Assembly (NCBI RefSeq): GCF_006345805.1
Contig: NC_043017.1
Coordinates: 32,984,001-33,048,000 of the forward strand
Direction: 5' to 3'
From: Octopus sinensis
Lineage: Eukaryota
DNA length: 64,000 nucleotides
Part shown: one piece after another, positions 36,326-50,048 of the stretch
How the letters are laid out: every line of letters begins with the position of its first letter
How positions within the stretch are numbered: the first letter of the stretch is position 1
Notes under the pieces: generated by a model
Seen by the model: the letters and a program-made list of their open reading frames with translations, nothing else
Told to the model about the DNA's origin: nothing
Database searches by the model: none
Position numbers and translations under genes: made by a program

Positions 36326-38289
36326 CAGGATATCTATACGTGCAGAAGCAGAACAGTCCAGATGTGTGAGATAGAAACAAGATTGGCATATTCCAATTTC
36401 CTCTGGAGGATAGTTTCGATGTTTACAAGTAACTTTGCAGTATGTTTTCTTTCCCCCATGAAGTTCAAAGAAATCTAGATTATAATGAGATCTATTCCAT
36501 TTTTTTTCTCTAAGCATCGATAAAAATAACTTGCTGTGTAACTGATTAGATTACCTTTTAAATCGAGACTAAAATTGCTTATTTATTTTTAAAAAGTATA
36601 TCTAACACTTGAAATTATTCAGAAGCAATATGCAATGCGCTACGAATGGAATAATTAATGATTGACATCAGCAAATACCCTGATAAATAAATTTGTTTTT
36701 TTGCTGAGGATTCGTTCGTAAAGTCTAGAAATAACTAAAAGATTCTAATTTCTCCATAGATGATGATGATTTAAGAAGACTAGTTCAGATTGATTTTCTC
36801 AACCCAATGAAAAATGCATACTGAAATGTCACCTCTTTTTTTTACTTTTCACTGTGTGGTTCAAAGTGTGTATTTATCTAAAACAAACCTGTCTCTGGAA
36901 CTTCAAATTGTCAAAATCGCGGAGAAGAGATGATTGTATATAGGTATGAAAGGATGACTTAATCCACGTGTTGGCAAATGCACGATTAGGAAACTTTTAC
37001 ATAAAGGCTCAATTTGTACACGCGATGATGAAAATCTGTTGAACTATGCACAAAGAGGCAGAATGAATATTTTTTCGCTGATAATACCCACCTATAAGCG
37101 ACTGTATTCAAAATGAATCCTATTTTCTCACCACAACGTCATAAAAATCTATGGTGTCACTATTTATCATTTACACAGAGGAGCTAAAATTGTATGAATT
37201 ACTGGAGTGCTAACAGTATTTGATTCAATCTTATACTTTATTTCATAAAATTTGTCATATAGACAGTACAAAGATTGTGTAGCTTTGTGGGCTGGACAGA
37301 CACATTAATGAACGAAAATGAATAAATGAGAGACGAAACCCAACACCCACCGATTGGATTTTACTCGAAAACATATTTTCTATTTTTAAAAATCAATATG
37401 AGGTTTCAAACCTCTTACAAGAAGGAGGCACTAAAACCTCTTACAAGCTACTTTATTTCATTTAATTTGCCACAAGGGCAGCTCATAGATTTACAACAAT
37501 TCTCCTTGTAGATTTTAATCAACCCTATTTGCAATCTATAAATGTACACATCTTTATATAACTTTTTGGTGGATGAAAAAGAAGAATCACTCAAACAAGA
37601 TTCCACTTTCTTTGGCAATAGGAACTCTCTTTAACTGTCTACACTGATACTACTTATAAACTCAGTAGTATTTACGGCTTAATTTAAATCGCATAATCCA
37701 ATTTGCATATATAATTCATTCGTGGTAGGTAGTTCAGATAGTAAATTAAAGGTTGAATATTTATTATCACTAGCACGGTATACCTTCGAATCAAAAGCAT
37801 TGGTGCATACATGCCTGCACACACACACAAACACACATGCATATATATGTGCAAATGTTTGTATGTATACATTTATAAATGTATGTACGCATGTATATAT
37901 AGATGTATGGAATTTGTTTTTTCGCTATTCCATTAGTCTGTTACTTTTGATATGGTACGAAAAATATCGGATGACAAAGAATTATTCGCTACGTTGACAG
38001 ATGGATTGACTGAAAGGTTAGACGGTGAAATGTTTGGGTTAACTGGTCATTTAGCACACACGTGCATATACGAATACATATACAAATACACGGGAATATG
38101 GCAGTCTTTGTGTCCAGCTAAATATGGACGTTTTGTTAGAACACCGATTAGCGCGTTATTAACCTAGAGAGACTTCTGACTCGTATTTATATTGCTGACA
38201 GACGAGAATCGTCTGCTACAGCCGCTGGACCTGCCAGTTCACGTGATTTCACCTTTCTTTGAGCTCCTCAGTGGCAGACATCCAGTATC

Positions 38290-38860
38290 GACATAACATC
38301 ATCATTTCATTGTTCGACCGTGGTGGAGACAATGAAATTTACTATGTTACGCCAGACCTCAAGGTCCATCATAGCATTACGGGGGTCCTGTCGCTGGATG
38401 CCTGTATGCCTGGAGATTACATCAGGGTAGGAGAGTGTGCGCCCTCTGGTATCGCGAGCAGATGGCTTCCAGAGGAGAAGAGTAGAAATTACCTCGTTTT
38501 CAGCTCTACAACAATGTCCAGCAAACTGGACTCTTCTACCTTTCATAAGAGATGATACAGGTGGTAATTTCCCATATATTTGTACTTTGGTTGGATGATG
38601 CTTCTACGAGAGATTTTGAGCTCTCATAAGGAGGCGAGTGTAAGTTCCATCCAACCGACTCTCAAGCTTGTTTTATAACGTCCAGGTTTCTGAACCATAT
38701 AGTAGAATTGGTTCGACTGTGGCTTTGAAGATTTCAAGTTTGAAATCTCTACTTAGATTTGATGACCATAACAGCCGAATCTTATTGACAGCGATAAATA
38801 GAATTTCAGTGTCTTTTTGGGCACTAATATCACAGATAGCCAGCAGGCTTATTGGAAAAC
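38290..38860 (-). mobile_element. 3' fragment of an RTE-like non-LTR retrotransposon (decayed ORF)
   Basis: Minus-strand peptides NKIRLLWSSNLSRDFKLEIFKATVEPILLYGSETWTL and RRVQFAGHCCR...LLLWKP...RGR are typical of the post-RT region of RTE-clade elements. Confidence 0.8.
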
Positions 38861-39134
38861 TAATTAATAGTGCTGGAAGCAGCATTAATATCAAAAGGAA
38901 ATTTCTGCGCCCAGTTTAACGCGTATGTTTTGTCAGAACACCGAAATTTGCGTTATTTACCTCATTAGATCTCGTGGTGCATATGTGTACTCCCCACACA
39001 CAAACCAGTGCGTATTGACATACGCACTGGTTCAATTCCACTTCTTTCTAATTAGACAATTGGTTAGATATTCAACTAATTAATCGATAGCTTGTTTAAC
39101 TTGGTTAAACAGTAAGTTGTTACTTTTGTTTATT

Positions 39135-39745
39135 CTTTTATTCTTTTATTTGTTTCAGTCATTTGACTGCGGACATGCTGGAGCACCGCCTTCAGTCGAA
39201 CAAATCGATCCCAGAACTTATTCTTTGTAAGCCTGGTACATATTCTATCGGTCTCTTTTACCTAACCGCTAAGTTACAGGGACGTAAACACCCCAACATC
39301 GGTTCTCAAGCGATAGTGGGGGAAAACACAGACACACGCACACATATATACGACGGGATTCTTTCAGTTTCCGTCTACCAAATCCACTCACAAAGTTTTG
39401 GACGGCCCATGGCTATAGCAGATGACACTTGCCCAAGGTTCCACGCAGTAGGACTGAACCCGGAACCAAGTGGTTGCTAAGCTAGCTATTTACCACACCG
39501 CCAAGCCTGATGGGTTGGGGACAAACATAGACACAAAGACATACACACATAGACATATACACACATATATACATATGTACGAGAGACCTCTTTCAGTTTC
39601 TGTCTACCAAATCCGCTCACGAGGCTTTGGTTGGCCCGAGACTATATAGAATACAGATGCCTAAGGTGCCACGCAGTGGGACTGAACCCAGAACCATGTT
39701 GTTGGGAAGCAAGCTTCTTACCTCACAATCATACCCCTGCCTATC
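39135..39745 (-). mobile_element. Two tandem diverged SINE A copies
   Basis: A body at 39135-39510 and a second 5' half at 39515-39745. Confidence 0.8.
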
Positions 39746-40125
39746 ATATCCCATGCACACATATGTATATAAAAAATATTCTCTATAGTTTTGGGAAACT
39801 CTCCTTCGGTTTCTAAAGTAGATATCTACCTCTACATAATCAGGAACATGGATAGAATCCGAAAACTCCTTAGCCATATCAAATTTATCAGCCCTTAGAT
39901 GTCTACACCAATATTCTTTTGAAAAGGAATGAGTGGGCTCTTAGCTAGAAGTTGACCTCAGGTATTTTTATACGGCCAGTCGACGGAATGAAAGATAAGA
40001 GAGGTTTATGTAATAGTGTGTTATTTATGTGCATACGTGTGGGTGCAATGGCACATGTGTGTGTCTATATGTATGTAGACGGCTTTACGCGTAGGTCTAG
40101 TATGTGTAGGGGAAAGTGAATCTAT

Positions 40126-40262
40126 GCGTGTGTGTGTGCGTGTGTGCGTGTGTACGTGCGTGCGTGTGTGTGTGTGTGTTTGTGTGTGTGTTTGTGTGTG
40201 CGTGTGTTTGTGTGTGTGTGTTTGTGTGCGTGCGTGTATGTGTGTGTGTGTTTGTGTGTGTG

Positions 40263-40314
<52 letters not shown>

Positions 40315-40511
40315 TGTGTGTGCGTGCGTGCGTGCGTGCGTGTGTGTGTGTGTGTTTGTGTTTGTGTGTGTGTGTGTTGGTGTGTGTGTGTGCGTGTGTG
40401 TGTGTGTGCGTGCGTGTGTTTGTGTGTGTGTGTGTTTGTGTGTGTGCGTGCGTGTGTGTGTGTGTGCGTGCGTGCGTGTGTGTGTGTGTGTTTGTGTTTG
40501 TGTGTGTGTGT
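40126..40511. repeat. Long compound (GT)n/(GCGT)n microsatellite
   Basis: Direct reading. Confidence 0.97.
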
Positions 40512-40799
40512 AGTAGACGACCTGCTGCAAATCGGAATTAAAAATGTCTTCCAAGAGAAAGAATTTTGAAACTGATACCATGAATTATTGATATCCACTT
40601 ATGGACTCGGTTCAACGTTCTGATATAACGATTTCATTTATTTGCCACAAAGGCGAAGGATGAGGGGGAGAATACAGAGACAGACATAGTGTGGGCGCTG
40701 CGTAAAGCATTTACAATAATTGTTATTATTGTTCTCATTGTTGTTGCTGCCTTTGCTATTATCATTGCACTTACCTCGTCTTAAGGGTATTTCATTTTA

Positions 40800-41407
40800 G
40801 GCGGCGAGCTGACAGAAACGTTAGCACGCCGGGCGAAATGCTTAGCGGTATTTCGTCTGCTGTTACGTTCTGAGTTCAAATTCCGCCGAGGTCGACTTTG
40901 CCTTTCATCATTTCGGGGTCGATTAAATAAGTACCAGTTATGCACTGGGGTTGATATAATCGACTTAATCCGTTTGTCTGTCCTTGTTTGTCCTCTCTAT
41001 GTTTAGCCCTTGTGGGTAGTAAAGAAATAGGTATTTCGTCTGCTGTTACGTTCTGAGTTCAAATTCCGCCGAGGTCGACTTTGCCTTTCGACCTTTCGGG
41101 GTCGATTAAATAAGTACCAATTACGCACTGGGGTCGATGTAATCGACTTAATCCATCTGTCTGTCCTTGTTTGTCCTCTCTCTGTGTAGCCCCTTGAGGG
41201 TAATAAAGAAATAGGTATTTCGTCTGCTGTTACGTTCTGAGTTCAAATTCCACCGAGGTCGACTTTTCCTTTCATCCTTTCGGGGTCGATTAAATAAGTA
41301 CCAGTTACGCACTGGGATCGATGTAATCAACTTAATCCGTTTGTCTGTCCTTGTTTGTCCTCTCTCTGTGTTTAGCCCCTTGTGGGTAGTAAAGAAATAG
41401 GTATTTC
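40800..41407 (+). mobile_element. SINE family B concatemer (head plus three units)
   Basis: Units restart at GGTATTTCGTCTG near 41031 and 41215. Confidence 0.9.
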
Positions 41408-41574
41408 ATTTTCTCTCTCCTCTCTACTTTGTGTATATACGGTTGCGAGTGTGTAGGAGTCTGTGCGTATGAGTGTGCGTGTGTGTGCGTGCGTGCGCGC
41501 GCCCATGTGTGTCCCCATGAATGCATACACAGTGGGGGGTGGGGGGTTCATCGTATCGAACCCAGTACGAAGGT

Positions 41575-41715
41575 GAACCTGAATCTCCCTGAGAACTACG
41601 TTAAGGGTATACGCATGCCTGTGAGGTGCTCAGCCACTTGCACGTTAAATATCACGAGCAGGCTGTTCCGTTGATCGGATCAACTGGAACAACCGTAGTC
41701 ATCACCGACGGAGTA
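41575..41715 (+). mobile_element. Diverged SINE C type-1 tail fragment
   Basis: GAGAACTACGTTAAGGGTA...CGAGCAGGCTGTTCCGTTGATCGG. Confidence 0.75.
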
Positions 41716-41802
41716 CTACTTCTGCCAACAGTTGTGCAGTTTACTCTCTCATGAGCACATGGCACACGGCACACGGCACACTGAAGATGTAGAATAGGCA
41801 GA

Positions 41803-42470
41803 TATGTTTCTTTATTAGCCACACAGGGCTGCACACAGACGGGACAGATTACAAAGTAGAACTTTTCTTTTTGGGGAGAAATAAAAAAGTGGGGTAGGTT
41901 TTCGTTGAAAAGGGAACGTAAAAAGAAAAGAAAAAAAGGGGGAAAGAAAAAAGCGATCTATAGGGATCGTGCATCACAGAAATGCCATGATGTAAAGTGT
42001 AAAAGGGGAAGCAGATGGGGTTTATCCGTGGAAAGAAAAGCCTACGGAAAAGACCACGGTAACCTCAGTCAATAATGTTACATTTTAAAACATTTGTTTG
42101 CAAGTAGGTAACCCTCTGTTTAAAATTTTTCCGGGTTCATAGGATTATGCTCAAGGTGGCTTCGTCATTCACACGTGCTATCCTTGCTACATTCACCCAT
42201 CTTTTTTTGAAACATTCACTAGACAAAACTTGCCTCTCTACTTTCACTTTCCTTTTCAAGAGATACTTGAAGAAGTTGACGAGAGATTGACCAGAGAGGA
42301 AAGTGTTTGTCTCCAATCCTTTCAGACGCGTCCACCAGATACATTCCTTTGCCATAGCCACAAGAATTATGAAAATAGCTCTTCCTTCCCGTTTGAAGGA
42401 AGGAGGCAGATAATGTGATTCGCTGTTAACTGTGTGTCAATTTCTTGGACGAAGAATCTTGTTCTTTTCA
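41803..42470 (-). mobile_element. 3' end of a Tx1/L1-like LINE (ORF2 C-terminus plus 3' UTR)
   Basis: Minus-strand ORF ...RAIFIILVAMAKECIWWTRLKGLETNTFLSGQSLVNFFKYLLKRKVKVERQVLSSECFKKRWV resembles Tx1-type ORF2 ends (recognition from memory); UTR ends GCCCTGTGTGGCTAATAAAGAAACATA. Confidence 0.6.
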
Positions 42471-43004
42471 AGTTTGTGTAGATCTTCGTGATTGAGGAGC
42501 ACGAGAAAGAGCAAAGACATGTTATATGGAAAAGTGAAGGGAAGCAAAAGGATACGACTTCAAGGACACGATACCCTGCATTGGTCGAGAATGGAACCCA
42601 TGACCTTAACACCACCAGCCGAAAAGCTAGCGATTACATCATGTGTGTGTGTGTGTGTGTGCGTACGTGTATTTAAGTATATATGAGTATTTGAGTAAAG
42701 ATGTGTGTATCTATGTAAGAATATATACTACAAATACTGCTTTCATAAAGAAGAAAGAGTACTCAATACCTAAATTGAGTGCTTGTATAAAAAATACACT
42801 GTAACTCTGATTTTCATCTCAAAATAAGTACTTCGTTAAACAGTCGCCGTGCGTTACAATGTATGTCTCCTCTAAAAGGACTGTATCAAGTTAAATATGT
42901 ATAGACACATACATACACACATATACCTACATTTATATATACACACACATCCATTCATCCGTCCATACATACATACATATGTGTGTATGTACATATATAT
43001 ATGT

Positions 43005-44157
43005 GTTTCTTTATTACCCACAAGGGGCTAAACACAGCAGAAGGGACAAACAAGGACAGACAAATGGATTAAGTCGATTACATCGACTCCAGTGCGTAAC
43101 TGGTACTCAATTTATCGACCCCGAAAGGATGAAAGTCAAAGTCGACTTCGGCGGAATTTGAACTCAGAACGTAACGGCAGACGAAATACTTATCTCTTTA
43201 CTACCCACAAGGGGCTAAACACGGAGAGGACAAACAAGGACAGACAAATGGATTAAGTCGATTACATCGATCCCAGTGCGTAACTGGTACTCAATTTATC
43301 GACCCCGAAAGATTGAAAGGCAAAGTCGACTTCGGCGGAATTTGAACTCAGAACATAACGGCAGACGAAATACTTATTTCTTTACTACCCACAAGAGGCT
43401 AAACACGGAGAGGACAAACAAGGACAGATAAATGGATTAAGTCGTTTACATCGATCCCAGTGCGTAACTGGTACTCAATTTATCGACCCCGAAAGGATGA
43501 AAGTCAAAGTCGACTTCGGCGGAATTTGAACTCAGAACATAACGGCAGACGAAATACTTATTTCTTTACTACCCACAAGGGGCTAAACACGGAGAGGACA
43601 AACAAGGACAGACAAATGGATTAAGTCGATTACATCGACTCCAGTGCGTAACTGGTACTCAATTTATCGACCCCGAAAGGATGAAAGTCAAAGTCGACTT
43701 CGGCGGAATTTGAACTCAGAACATAACGGCAGACGAAATACTTATTTCTTTACTACCCACAAGGGGCTAAACACGGAGAGGACAAACAAGGACAGATAAA
43801 TGGATTAAGTCGATTACATCGATCCCAGTGCGTAACTGGTACTCAATTTATCGACCCCGAAAGGATGAAAGTCAAAGTCGACTTCGGCGGAATTTGAACT
43901 CAGAACATAACGGCAGACGAAATACTTATTTCTTTACTACCCACAAGGGGCTAAACACGGAGAGGACAAACAAGGACAGATAAATGGATTAAGTCGATTA
44001 CATCGATCCCAGTGCATAACTGGTACTCAATTTATCGACCCCGAAAGATTGAAAGGCAAAGTCGACCTCATTGGAATTTGAACTCAGAACGTAACGGCAG
44101 ACGAAATACGGCTTCGCATTTCGCCCGGCGTGCTAACGTTTCTGCCAGCTCGCCGCC
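43005..44157 (-). mobile_element. SINE family B concatemer (head plus six units, period 184 bp)
   Basis: CCCACAAG anchors at 43017, 43204, 43388, 43572, 43756 and 43940; single head ending at 44157. Confidence 0.95.
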
Positions 44158-44739
44158 TTCAAAATATATATATATATGTATGGATATATGTATGAATCAT
44201 GAACGATGCAAGTTGTAATTAGATTTCGAAAGGCTAAAACAATAAAATCAATTGAAAATGATAACCATTACAAATCATCTTAAACAAATAGAAAATAGAA
44301 AATAAAAGACATGGCTGTATTTCTGTGTTCTTATATGAATGTGTTAGTGTACTCCCGAGCTTATGTTTCCATAGATGTATATATGTATCAGTCACTTCGT
44401 GCGTGAATGTGTGTGTAACTATGTGTCAGGTATCCATTCATAAATTTATAGCAATTTAATTTCGTTTTCCAAATTTATCTTTTTTTTTATTATATTTATA
44501 GATGTTTGAAGTTGTTAATTTTTGTGACACATATACACAACCCCGTACAAATATACACGCTTGTACGTTGACGCATGCGTACAAACGTACGCATTCACTC
44601 ACAATCGCACGCTCTCCCACGTTCGAATATTGAATAAAAGGAAAAATAGTGAATGGCCTTTTTCTATTATTATTTCAGTTTAAATTGTCAGATACATACC
44701 TACACGCGCACACACACACACATCGACCACGCGCACGAT

Positions 44740-45475
<736 letters not shown>

Positions 45476-46204
45476 AACGCTTATACACCTACATAAGCAC
45501 ACATTTATACTTACAGATATAAAATAAAATTTCTTATCATTAACTTTGCAATATTAAAAGATAAAATTGAATAAATTAATAACAAATCTTCTCTCGTAAA
45601 TTTTTTTGGTTAGCGATGTGTAACGGAATGAATCCTGCTATCAGCTTTTTTGTGTTAGTTTCGTTGGAATTTTTACAGGGAATTAAGTTTCATTACTTAC
45701 AGTTATTTTTTGGTTATTATTTGACAAAATTATTGAAATTTTACCTTAAACCGACAAAAATCTGTTTGAAAAATCACCGAAAAAATTCAAGATAGCGAGA
45801 GTGGTGCAATGCATCGGAATAACAATTGTTCATATTTTTCCTTTTGTGTTCATCAAAGGAAATATTTGTGAATTTGTATTATTGTGTGTTTATGAATATG
45901 TGTGTGAGTACACCTATACGCACAAACGTTGTTATATAAGTATAACTAAAGAAAAAAAAAATGAAATCCATTATAAAATGCAGAATACAGAGTAAATTGC
46001 GTATGTTTAATATTTCAACTCTCATAACCCATCAAGATGTAGTAATTCTTTCAAGTTATTTATATCTGAGAGCCTGCAAAGCTTTAATATTCCCTCGGTC
46101 ACATTGCAGAATATTTCAACTTATACATCACAAAATAGGTTTTACCTTTCACAAAATATATTTCCCTTTTAACGTTGTTTCATGTTTTAATAGTGAGTGG
46201 ACCT

Positions 46205-46420
46205 GAGGCTGCGAGCTGGCAGAATCATGGCTGCGCCGGGCCAAATGCTTAGCGGCATATCGCCCGTCTTTACGTTCTGAGTTCAAATACCATCGAAGCT
46301 GAATCTTTCATCCTCTCAGGGTGAATAAAATAGATACCAGTTGATTATCGAGGTCGATGTAATCGACTTAACCCCCTGCCTCGGACTTGATGCCCTTGTG
46401 CCAGTGTTTGAAACCAATAG
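46205..46420 (+). mobile_element. Older SINE B with the alternative tail
   Basis: GCGAGCTGGCAGAATC head; tail CCTTGTGCC..TTTGAAACCAAT. Confidence 0.75.
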
Positions 46421-46444
46421 TTACTGGACCTGATACTTCCGATT

Positions 46445-46640
46445 TCCCATGCCGAAAGCTGATATTTCATAAAGTCTGATATTTCATACTGTGTCTGGGG
46501 GGAGTCATTTTCTTTTTGTGCCTTATAATGTAACACACTCACCGGTAAAATTTCCACTTTTTTCTTATTTTTATTCTCCTAAAATTTTCGTTGCGTCTTG
46601 CAACCTTTTCAATAGTTTGCAAACCAAATCCAAAAAACAA
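46445..46640. repeat. Unclassified repeat family F
   Basis: See 3095-3250. Confidence 0.7.
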
Positions 46641-46976
46641 ATCTGATATTTCACTTTTTGCAAAATAATGTTTCCACTGAAGAATGATATGAAATAACGG
46701 CACCAAACGAAGGAAATGCACATAAATATAGTGCTTAGAAACCAGCAAAATTGTGCCATTCAAAATTAGACAATAAAAGTCAAACAGCCAATAGATTCCT
46801 GTGGATTTTTTGGTTGGATACCTACAATGTGTGGAGGTGTATGACCTACCGATTAGTTTGTTGCACTCACAATCACTAGATTGTTGTTTCAATTCCTGAT
46901 CCAAGTTTTGCTAAAGAACACGACTCCCCAGTTAGTTGTAACTGCAGCTCACTGAACCAAGCGGTGCCTCGTTTTC

Positions 46977-47581
46977 TTGAGCAAAGCACTTCATCTTGCG
47001 TTGCTCTGCGATCATGTCACCGTCTGTTCACCGGTTCAGGTAACGTTGATTCGATGGAAGGAATGTGCTAATGTACAACTCAATTTTATATATATTCATC
47101 ATCATCGTCATCATCATTTAACGTCCGCTTTCCATGCTAGCACGGGTTGGACGGTTCGACCGGGGTCTGGGAAGCCAGGAGGGTGCACAAGGCTCCAGTC
47201 TGTTCTGGCAGTGTTTCTACAGCTGGATGCCCTTCCTAACACCAACCACTCCGTGAGTGTAGTGGGTGCTTTTTACATGCCAGCAGCACAGGTGCCAGGC
47301 GAGGCTGGCAATGGCCACGATTGGTTGGTGCTTTTTACGTGCCACCGGCACATTCATATATTGGTGTGTGTATGTGGTCAGTCAAGGGCACATGGCCTTG
47401 GGGGATAAGGTGTTGCACTCACAGTTGCAAGATTGCAGTTTCACTTTCCAGACTGAGTCGGCGATGTACTGTGTTTTTGAGCAAAGCACTTGATCTTACG
47501 CTGCTCTGCGATCATGTCACCGTCTGTTCACCTGTTTAGGTAACGTTGATTTGATGGAAGGAATCTGCTAACGTACAGCTC
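46977..47581. mobile_element. Two diverged ~105-bp direct repeats (46977-47081 and 47477-47581; old SINE bodies) flanking a minus-strand retroposon with a (CAT)n tail (about 47095-47352)
   Basis: TTGAGCAAAGCACTT..GCTCTGCGATCATGTCACCGTCTGTTCACC occurs twice; the inner element has GCTGGATGCCCTTCCTAAC and CATCATCAT. Confidence 0.65.
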
Positions 47582-48710
47582 ATGAATCTGATTACTGTAA
47601 GCAAATCATTCGTCCAGATTCTTCAACAATAAACTGCAGAACCGTTTTTCTCAGACTACGACAGACTACCATCACATCACCTGTTGTGTATAACTTTTAA
47701 TGATATGATGCACAAGTTAAAAATATTTCTATTGATGGCCAAAATAAAAGTCAGACTCTTCTATATAATATATCGGCATGTATGTGAAGAAGGGAGCCTA
47801 TAGGCAGATGCTTCACCCTCTAAAAATGATTACCAAATCTCACTCTAATCATATTAGACTGCCTTAAACAAAAAAAGGACATGTCGGATATATCCTCTCT
47901 TGCTTCAGATAATGATGCTTTTAGAGAGAAACAGTCAATATCTGAAGCTAGTAGAAGCCTCAAACGATATAATTTGAGGGAAGAGCCAAATTTTTCTCTT
48001 TCCAAATCCATTTCCTTAAAGAGTAAAGATTCAATATTTTAATACTAACGAAAATCCTTCTCGATCAATCTATTATCTCTGTAAACAGTGTTACTACTCT
48101 TGATATCATTATAAACAACAAACAATATATAACATTCCATTGCTTATTCCATATATTTTCTGTCAAACCTAAACTTTCTCTTTTCTCACACCGATTTGGT
48201 GTGTGTTTCATCTGTTTTACAATCACAATAGAGTTTTCTTGTTCATCTTGTTGCGCCTCAGTTTCGTCGATCTTTACTCTACATATTTCTTTGCTTTTGA
48301 ATACAGTCCCTTGGTACTTCTGTACTTGCAGACATGTTTAAGCATTCAGTCAGTGGTGCTGGTTAGACAGGTGTCTAACCCTGTGGCTGCTGCCTTTAGA
48401 GACAGTAGTAGCAGTCTCCCATAATTTTGTCGTAGGTATAGTCTTTCTACTTCTACTTATGGTTGATGCATTTCAGTATTTATCTTTCAATTTTATTTAT
48501 CTCACTGCCGGACCATTCTATGATGTCAAATTTGTTATATAGCTAAAGTATTGGTTGTAGTATAGCTAAAGTATCAATCCTATTTCTCGCTTTAACTTCT
48601 CTCATTAGGAGACCTCTAACTCAGCGATAACATTCCTTACGTATACTGCTGTGCATTTGTGAGAGCTGGATTCATCCTCTTCACACAAACCAAAATATTT
48701 ATAATTTCAG

Positions 48711-49105
48711 TTTACCAACCACATGGTTCCGGGTTCAGTTCCCACTGCGTGGCACCTTGGGCAAGTGTCTTCTACTATAGCCTCGGGCCGACCAAAGCCT
48801 TGTGAGTGGATTTGGTAGACGGAAACTGAAAGAAGCCTGTCGTATATATGTATAGATATATATATATATGCGTGTGTGAGTTTGTGTGTCTGTGTTTGTC
48901 CCCCTAGCATTGCTTGACAACCGATGCTGGTGTGTTTACGTCCCCGTCACTTAGTGGTTCGGCAAAAAGAGACTGATAGAATAAGTACTGGGCTTACAAA
49001 AGAATAAGTCCCGGGGCCGAGTTGCTCGATTAAAGGCGGTGCTCCAGCATGGCCGCAGTCAAATGTCTGAAACAAGTAAAAGAGTAAAGAGAGAGTAAAG
49101 AGTAT
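48711..49105 (+). mobile_element. SINE family A
   Basis: Slightly 5'-truncated; normal tail. Confidence 0.9.
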
Positions 49106-49586
49106 TTCTCAATCCAGCAAGGTGGAAAGCTGTAAAGCATATGATTTGTAATCAGTCCATGCAACATTCTTGCATCGTTTGTGGAAGTCCTCAAGAATAA
49201 TTTTATTGATTAAAAGTTGGCTTTTACGACAATACGAAATTTGCTTGCAGCCATTTTGCTCACTGAGAAATATCTTGTTATCCATTAGAGAGGTATTCAG
49301 TAAAAATGCGTGTTAGCATTTTGTTCATGAATGTAACAGATGTAATTAATCGGTGGTTTGGGGGATATAAGATTGGTAACTTTTGGTAAGCAGGTAAGTT
49401 ATTCCACTTAGCAGCCCAAGGAGGGATTTTCCTGGTATCATGCATAATGCTGTTACAGAGGTGAATCGGTCTCTCATGTGATTCAGGGAAAGCATTCGGT
49501 CAGAAGTGAGGTATTTCATCTTTCCCACGTAATTTCCATTTGCTGGATTTTCTCAGTGCTGTCCTGAGATCTTCATCAGAGATATC

Positions 49587-50048
49587 GGATCTTTTCGGTT
49601 TGAACGGCAGTTTTTAACATAATTTCTAGGTAACTAAAAAATTTTAAACTTCGTATACTGGCAGAATGTGTTTATAAAACATCTTTTTCTCTTGGCTTTA
49701 TTGAGAAAATTCTATAGTTTGTAAGATATTTGTTGTTTTTTTCTTCAATTTTTGCAATTTCAACCATTCACTGACGTCCATTGAGGTAAACAACATTATG
49801 TGCCGAATGAATATGTCCCTCGTTTAAGAAACAGATTGGGTTTATTTATATTTGTGACGAAAAAAACATACCCTTCCCCCACCCATAACCCATAACCCTA
49901 ACCCTAACCCTGACCCTGACCCTAACCCTAACTAACCCTAACCCTAAAACTGATTGAAATGCAATAGATCGATACTAGGGTCGTAATTATGGGTGACAAT
50001 TTCATATGATACCGCTAGAAAAAACTGCCGTTCAAACCGAAAAGATCG
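49587..50048. mobile_element. MITE family D with a (CCCTAA)n tract
   Basis: TIRs; near-perfect 8-bp TSD GAGATATC/CAGATATC at 49579-49586 and 50049-50056. Confidence 0.9.

Noticed and set aside
43005-44157. Regularly spaced repeats as a CRISPR array
   Set aside because: Whole 184-bp units are repeated with no unique spacers; eukaryotic SINE context; no cas genes.
49880-49945. (CCCTAA)n as a true telomere or chromosome fusion site
   Set aside because: Short, and internal to a TIR-bounded MITE present three times.
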